Positions 48,036 through 52,562 of a stretch of DNA of 52,562 nucleotides are shown piece after piece (positions within the stretch are counted from its first letter, which is position 1; each line of letters starts with the position of its first letter). A program made the translations under genes and the position numbers. Origin of the DNA: Acidobacteriaceae bacterium (GTDB lineage: Bacteria > Acidobacteriota > Terriglobia > Terriglobales > Acidobacteriaceae); the NCBI GenBank assembly GCA_003165005.1, contig PLSB01000112.1, forward strand, positions 14,389-66,950. The letters run 5' to 3'. The notes below the pieces were generated by a model. The model did not search any database. It was given only the letters and a program-made list of their open reading frames with translations, and had not been told where the DNA came from.

Positions 48036-48123
48036 AGGACGATCTCCTTTCCGCTTCATCCAACCAATTCCCGCTTTCGGTCCCGGGAGTTTGTGTATCG
48101 CTGCCTGGTTCCGCGTGCATGGC

Positions 48124-48645
48124 TCACTGGACGACCTGAGTGGTATGGGCATTCAGAGTCCAATTCGCCAATTTGGTAAAGATGGGAAGACCAGTGCCTT
48201 TGGTCGTTACAACCCCGAGAGCCGGATACGTTGCCTGTATTGTTACCGTGTCCCCCTCAATCATGCTCGAGGCAAATCCCGCGCAAGAAGGCGTCTTTGC
48301 TACCGCGGTTCCGGTTGCTGCGGGGGTGTACGAGATGGTGTAGGTGATTTTGGCCGTTATCAGACTTTGCGCGTCGGCGTTCATCACCGTTATTGCGTAG
48401 GCACATGGATCCCCGTTCACAGGAGCAGTTGTGATATTCGTACTTTCGGCGAACGCCCGCGCTCCCTGGCTCACCGCGTCAGTGAGAGTAATGTAGTTGT
48501 TGACTAGGACCCCGAGCCAGACGATTCCCACGAGCAAAGCGATCAACAACGGCCCGATCATTGCGAATTCTATGAGGGAGTTGCCTTCACACTCCCGGCA
48601 ATAATCGCGAAAACGGGAAAGGACGGTCTGCGGCGCGCCCCGCAT
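48124..48645 (-). CDS. tadE: TadE family minor pilin
   Basis: CEG|NSLIEFAMIGPLL, LTDAVSQGARAFA; GGAGG RBS. Confidence 0.88.
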   Translation of the reverse strand: MRGAPQTVLSRFRDYCRECEGNSLIEFAMIGPLLIALLVGIVWLGVLVNNYITLTDAVSQGARAFAESTNITTAPVNGDPCAYAITVMNADAQSLITAKITYTISYTPAATGTAVAKTPSCAGFASSMIEGDTVTIQATYPALGVVTTKGTGLPIFTKLANWTLNAHTTQVVQ

Positions 48646-48895
48646 CCCGATCCTCCCGCCAATGTGTCTTGGAGATAGAGCGCACTGTGCATCGGCGCCA
48701 TGCGTTCCGATTGGATATTCCATAAGCCCCTACCTCTCGCGCTACCAACGCGCGGTCTTCTGGTCCCGCGCGTCTTGCTGTGCGGCAAAAAGAGCCCGTA
48801 GTGTCATCCTTCCGCCAGTTCCCATCGTTCTCTCTCCGGGCGGGGTTTTCGCTTGCTTCCGATTTCCCCGCACCTCGCGCTAGCGCCGCATTCTC

Positions 48896-49888
48896 TCACT
48901 CGGCAGCGCCGTTGTCCAGCTTCAGCTGGTCCAGGAATCGCTCGAATTCCTTCCTGCCCGCCGCATCGGCCACCGGCGTCGGAGCACGGCTCCGGTCCTG
49001 CTCATCGGACAAGATAAACTGCAGCCCCACGCCATCCGGTCCCCAGCGCACCGCCCGCGACTGCACCGCGATCGAGCGCTCGGTAACCTCCTCGCTCACA
49101 TCGCCCCTCTGCAGCGTCATCAGAACCAGGGTCCCCGGATACCAGCGCTCTTCGGTCACCACGTACAGGCCGGTCGTGCTGATGTCGCGAATGCCGTGGG
49201 CCACCGGAGAAGATCCGTTCCAGTAATAGGCGGCCAGTCCCGGCGTCGGCACGCGCGGCGCCTTGCGCGGATCCGGCGACCACCAGCGCTCGAACCAGCT
49301 GCGCAACTGCTTGAAGGACTTGGCGCCCGGTTGCGTCAGGTCCATCTCATAGGTTTGTTGCGCGGGCTGGTCTGGGTACCCGTTGCGGCTCTCCAGTTCC
49401 AGCACACCCGGCCCGCCGCTCCACAGCGGCTTCTCGCGCAACAGCACCGCGCCCGCAATGGTCGCCGAAACGCCTCCCGCCTCGTTCCGCGCACTGTTCA
49501 GCCGCTGCAGTTGCCTGGCCATCTCCTCGGCCACGCACAGCACCAGCTGATCGCCGGTTTGGGTCTGAGAGGAGTAAATGGAATGCGCGGGCAGAGCCAG
49601 CACGCTCTTCGGCTGCGGGCTGGACGCACTCACCTGAAAGGTAGGGAACGATTCCACGGTGTCGATCACGCGGCATTCCTCGTCCAGGTAGATCAGGTCC
49701 AGCGGCGCGGCCATCGAGGCCGCGGGAATGCCGCGGAACGGCATCATCCATACGCCCTCACCCGACTTGAGCGGGCGCGCCGACATCAACTCGGCGACGC
49801 GCGCCGACGGCAGGTCGGCAGCCTTCACCTCCAAGCCAAGAAAGCATTCCCGGGTTTGGTTATAGGCGCAATGCGTCCGCGATTCCAT
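48896..49888 (-). CDS. DUF192-like + PilZ fusion protein
   Basis: N-terminus aligns with the 41527 DUF192 (GEGVW, PLDLIYLD, SVLALP, GD); C-terminus RKAPR and DISTTG. Confidence 0.82.
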   Translation of the reverse strand: MESRTHCAYNQTRECFLGLEVKAADLPSARVAELMSARPLKSGEGVWMMPFRGIPAASMAAPLDLIYLDEECRVIDTVESFPTFQVSASSPQPKSVLALPAHSIYSSQTQTGDQLVLCVAEEMARQLQRLNSARNEAGGVSATIAGAVLLREKPLWSGGPGVLELESRNGYPDQPAQQTYEMDLTQPGAKSFKQLRSWFERWWSPDPRKAPRVPTPGLAAYYWNGSSPVAHGIRDISTTGLYVVTEERWYPGTLVLMTLQRGDVSEEVTERSIAVQSRAVRWGPDGVGLQFILSDEQDRSRAPTPVADAAGRKEFERFLDQLKLDNGAAE

Positions 49889-50162
49889 ATCTCTTGTGTC
49901 CCGTGGCGGTTCGAGACCATCTCCTCTTTCACTCCGCGTTTCAGCTGCTTCCGCGAATCCTTCCAGAAGCTCCATACAGGGCCGTCCTCGCCTTCCACGC
50001 ATCATCCGGGGCGAATGAAAACACTTCAGTTTGTCCGCTCACCGGGCCCCCTCCCCGAGGTGCTTGCCGCACCCCGGGCAGGTCCTCCCGGATCTACGAA
50101 CCTTTCCCCTTCCGCCGTGGCGCCTGTTGCCTCACAGACCCTCACGGAGCTTTGCTGGCCGC

Positions 50163-50258
50163 CTACTTGACCCGGGTGCGGCGGCGCTGAATCAGAATCC
50201 CCAGAATAATGATTGCCAGAACTCCGGCAATGATTCTGATAATCGCTGTACTGTCCAT
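50163..50258 (-). CDS. 31-aa single-TM small protein
   Basis: MDSTAIIRIIAGVLAIIILGILIQRRRTRVK*, GGAG RBS, 31 nt after tadC stop. Confidence 0.7.
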   Translation of the reverse strand: MDSTAIIRIIAGVLAIIILGILIQRRRTRVK

Positions 50259-50289
50259 TTCGTTCTCCCTTCCTGTTTTTGATTTCCTA

Positions 50290-51198
50290 TTACTTGCCCA
50301 ACGCGGCAAAGGACTCCATCATCACAATCGCGGCAGGTCCCAGTGTTACTACAAATAGCGCAGGAAAGATGAACAGCACCAGCGGAAATACCAGCTTTAC
50401 CGTGGTCTTGGCGGCCATCTCCTCGACCATCTGTACGCGTTGCGTCCGCAGCGTCTCCGAATGGACGCGAAGCATCTTGGCAATGCTGGTCCCAAACTGC
50501 TCGGTCTGCACCATAATCGAAACCAGGTTTTTAACACTATCAACGTCGGTGCGCTCGGCCATGTTTTTCCAGGCTTCGGAACGGGCTCGGCCGGCGCGCT
50601 GTTCCAGCACCACGATGTTCAACTCGTCGCATAACTCCGGTTGCGACAGGGTCAGTTCCTGAGCCGTGCGCGCCGTCGCCTGGTCCATACTCAGGCCGGC
50701 TTCCATGCAAATCACCAGCAGATCCAGCACATCGGGCAATCCGCGCGTGATCTTGCTTTGCCGCTTCTTGATCATGTGTCCCAGCACGAAGTCCGGCGCC
50801 AGATAACCCAGGCCCAGCGCCAGCACATAGATTAAAAGCGGATTCAAACTCGCGATCCCTGTTAACAGGACGATCCCTGCCAGCAGCAGCGGCACCACCA
50901 CCTTGCAGCCGCGAAAGATCCTCACCGCGGGATCGTTGCGGTATCCCGCATGGACCAAGCGCTGCTGCAGCACCGAAACTTCCTTCTCGCTCTTCGGCAT
51001 CAGGGTTTCGAGGGACTGCATCATGCCCCCGAGCGAGGACTTCGCCTTTTGCACCGCCGAGGTCAGCCGTTTTTCCTTGGGGCGCGGGCTGATGGCCTCG
51101 CTGATGCGCTTGAGCATGACCTCGCGGTAAAACAGCAGAAACCCGCCGCTGCCAATCAGCAGAAACACCGCCAAAAATGCCAAAACCGCAAATGTCAT
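50290..51198 (-). CDS. tadC: Tad inner membrane platform protein TadC
   Basis: LVHAGYR, LPDVLDLLVICMEAGL, QTEQFGTSI, KLVFPLVLFIFP. Confidence 0.93.
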   Translation of the reverse strand: MTFAVLAFLAVFLLIGSGGFLLFYREVMLKRISEAISPRPKEKRLTSAVQKAKSSLGGMMQSLETLMPKSEKEVSVLQQRLVHAGYRNDPAVRIFRGCKVVVPLLLAGIVLLTGIASLNPLLIYVLALGLGYLAPDFVLGHMIKKRQSKITRGLPDVLDLLVICMEAGLSMDQATARTAQELTLSQPELCDELNIVVLEQRAGRARSEAWKNMAERTDVDSVKNLVSIMVQTEQFGTSIAKMLRVHSETLRTQRVQMVEEMAAKTTVKLVFPLVLFIFPALFVVTLGPAAIVMMESFAALGK

Positions 51199-51207
51199 CT
51201 CTCTCCC

Positions 51208-52176
51208 CTAAACGTCGATGTCGACAATCCGGCTGATTACAAATCCGCCCAGCAGGATCGATGCCCCCGCAGCCCAAAGCAATTTGATGCCGATCGCGCG
51301 ATGCCACAGAATACTGATCAAATCCGGATCGACAAAATAGATCAACGTGCCCAGCACCACAGGCAGGAGGGTGAGAATCCAGCCCGTAAGCCGGCCCTGC
51401 GCCGTATACACCCTAATCTGCCGCCTGAGCCGGAAGCGATCCCGGATCACCGCGCAGGTCTTGTCCAGCACTTCGGCGAGATTGCCTCCGCTCTCCTTCT
51501 GAATCAGAATCGCGGCCACCGCGATCTTCAGGTCCTGCAAGGGTACGCGGTGCAACAGGTTTTCCATTGCGGCCTTGAGTTCGAGGCCGTAATTCTGCTC
51601 CTCAAAGCAGATCTTGAACTCGCTCCTCACAGGTTCCTGGCACTCCTTGGACACCAGGGCAATGGCTGCCAGAAGGCTGTGGCCCGCGCGCAGCCCGCTC
51701 ACCATCAGTTCCAGCGCCTCCGGCAATCCTTTCTCGAATGCCGCGAAACGCCGGCTCCGCTTGAACATCACCCATCCAAAAGGAAGCCCGCTTACCACCA
51801 CGCCCGCAAACAGCGCCAGGGGAAGAGAATGAAACAACACGTACAGGATGTACGGCGGCAGCGCAAGACCCGCTACGGTCATCAGCAGGAGACGGCCCGG
51901 ATTCCAATCCAATGCGGCCTGGCTGAGGAGTCTGCGCATATAAGATGCCAGATCGATCTGCAACAGCTTCTTGTTCAGCCAGGGGATGCTGCTCAGCTGG
52001 TCATCCTTGCGCACGCTCAAGTTCTGCTGCCGCAACATCTGACTAGGCTCGGTTTTCAGGACCGCGTCCAGCGCCGCCAGCGCTTGCTTGGAGCTGCTGG
52101 AGGGCGCGGCAGCCAACAGCGGCAGCGCGATGATTGCAAAGATGCCGACGAACACCAACACGGCAATGATTCCCAT
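51208..52176 (-). CDS. tadB: Tad inner membrane platform protein TadB
   Basis: LPEALELMVSGLRAGHS, IQKESGGNLAEVL, TAQGRLTG. Confidence 0.93.
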   Translation of the reverse strand: MGIIAVLVFVGIFAIIALPLLAAAPSSSSKQALAALDAVLKTEPSQMLRQQNLSVRKDDQLSSIPWLNKKLLQIDLASYMRRLLSQAALDWNPGRLLLMTVAGLALPPYILYVLFHSLPLALFAGVVVSGLPFGWVMFKRSRRFAAFEKGLPEALELMVSGLRAGHSLLAAIALVSKECQEPVRSEFKICFEEQNYGLELKAAMENLLHRVPLQDLKIAVAAILIQKESGGNLAEVLDKTCAVIRDRFRLRRQIRVYTAQGRLTGWILTLLPVVLGTLIYFVDPDLISILWHRAIGIKLLWAAGASILLGGFVISRIVDIDV

Positions 52177-52197
52177 CCCGGTAAGCCTCCTTTCTGG

Positions 52198-52562
52198 TTA
52201 ATTGACCTGCGTTTCCTTGTCGAACAGGCTGGGCGGCAGCACAATGCCCGACACCCGCAGCCTCTCCAAAAACCGTGGACGGATGCGGCTGGGCATGAAG
52301 GTGCCGATCACGCGGCCATCCGGGCCGATGCCCTTCTTCTGGAAGGTGAAGATCTCCTGCATGCTGATCACGTTCTCTTCCATGCCCGTGATCTCGGAGA
52401 TATTCGTGATCTTGCGCGTTCCGTCGCTCATGCGCGTGGCCTGCACAATGATGGTGATGGCCGAGCAGATCTGCTGCCGCACCGATTTTTCCGGCAGGTT
52501 CATGTTCGTCATCGCCACCATCGACTCCAGGCGCGAAATGGCGTCGCGGGGGGTGTTGGCGT
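52198..52562 (-). CDS. cpaF: Tad ATPase CpaF/TadA, C-terminal part (enters from beyond window)
   Basis: ANTPRDAISRLESM..RQQI..RMSDGTRKITNISEITG..QEIF. Confidence 0.92.
   Translation of the reverse strand, partial: ANTPRDAISRLESMVAMTNMNLPEKSVRQQICSAITIIVQATRMSDGTRKITNISEITGMEENVISMQEIFTFQKKGIGPDGRVIGTFMPSRIRPRFLERLRVSGIVLPPSLFDKETQVN

Overview
GC-rich bacterial chromosomal segment; gene content and repeat types suggest Acidobacteriota (inference). The left half (1-27.6 kb) holds housekeeping and metabolic genes: partial alaS, recX, a vapBC-type toxin-antitoxin pair, S9 peptidase, LPS heptosyltransferase, mtgA, two-domain thyX, fabG, EAL-HDOD protein, ndk, prmC, acyl-CoA dehydrogenase and a phosphate acyltransferase. 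These are interspersed with several families of short repeats: REP-like double hairpins, 7-bp arrays and 9-bp TAGCGGAGT arrays. Some repeats sit in-frame inside thyX and the heptosyltransferase. A small accessory patch carries a frameshifted hemerythrin and an unknown internally repeated protein. The right half (27.8-52.6 kb) is a Tad/Flp (type IVc) pilus locus interleaved with a lipid-linked glycosylation set: three GT87, one GT39-like, three GT2, a flippase-like protein, a methyltransferase and a PAP2/Aur1-like enzyme. It also has three divergent flp pilin copies behind a sigma54-type promoter, a degenerate DUF192-PilZ fusion, a TonB-like protein and an unannotated 31-aa membrane protein. 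No rRNA, tRNA, CRISPR array or transposase was recognised.
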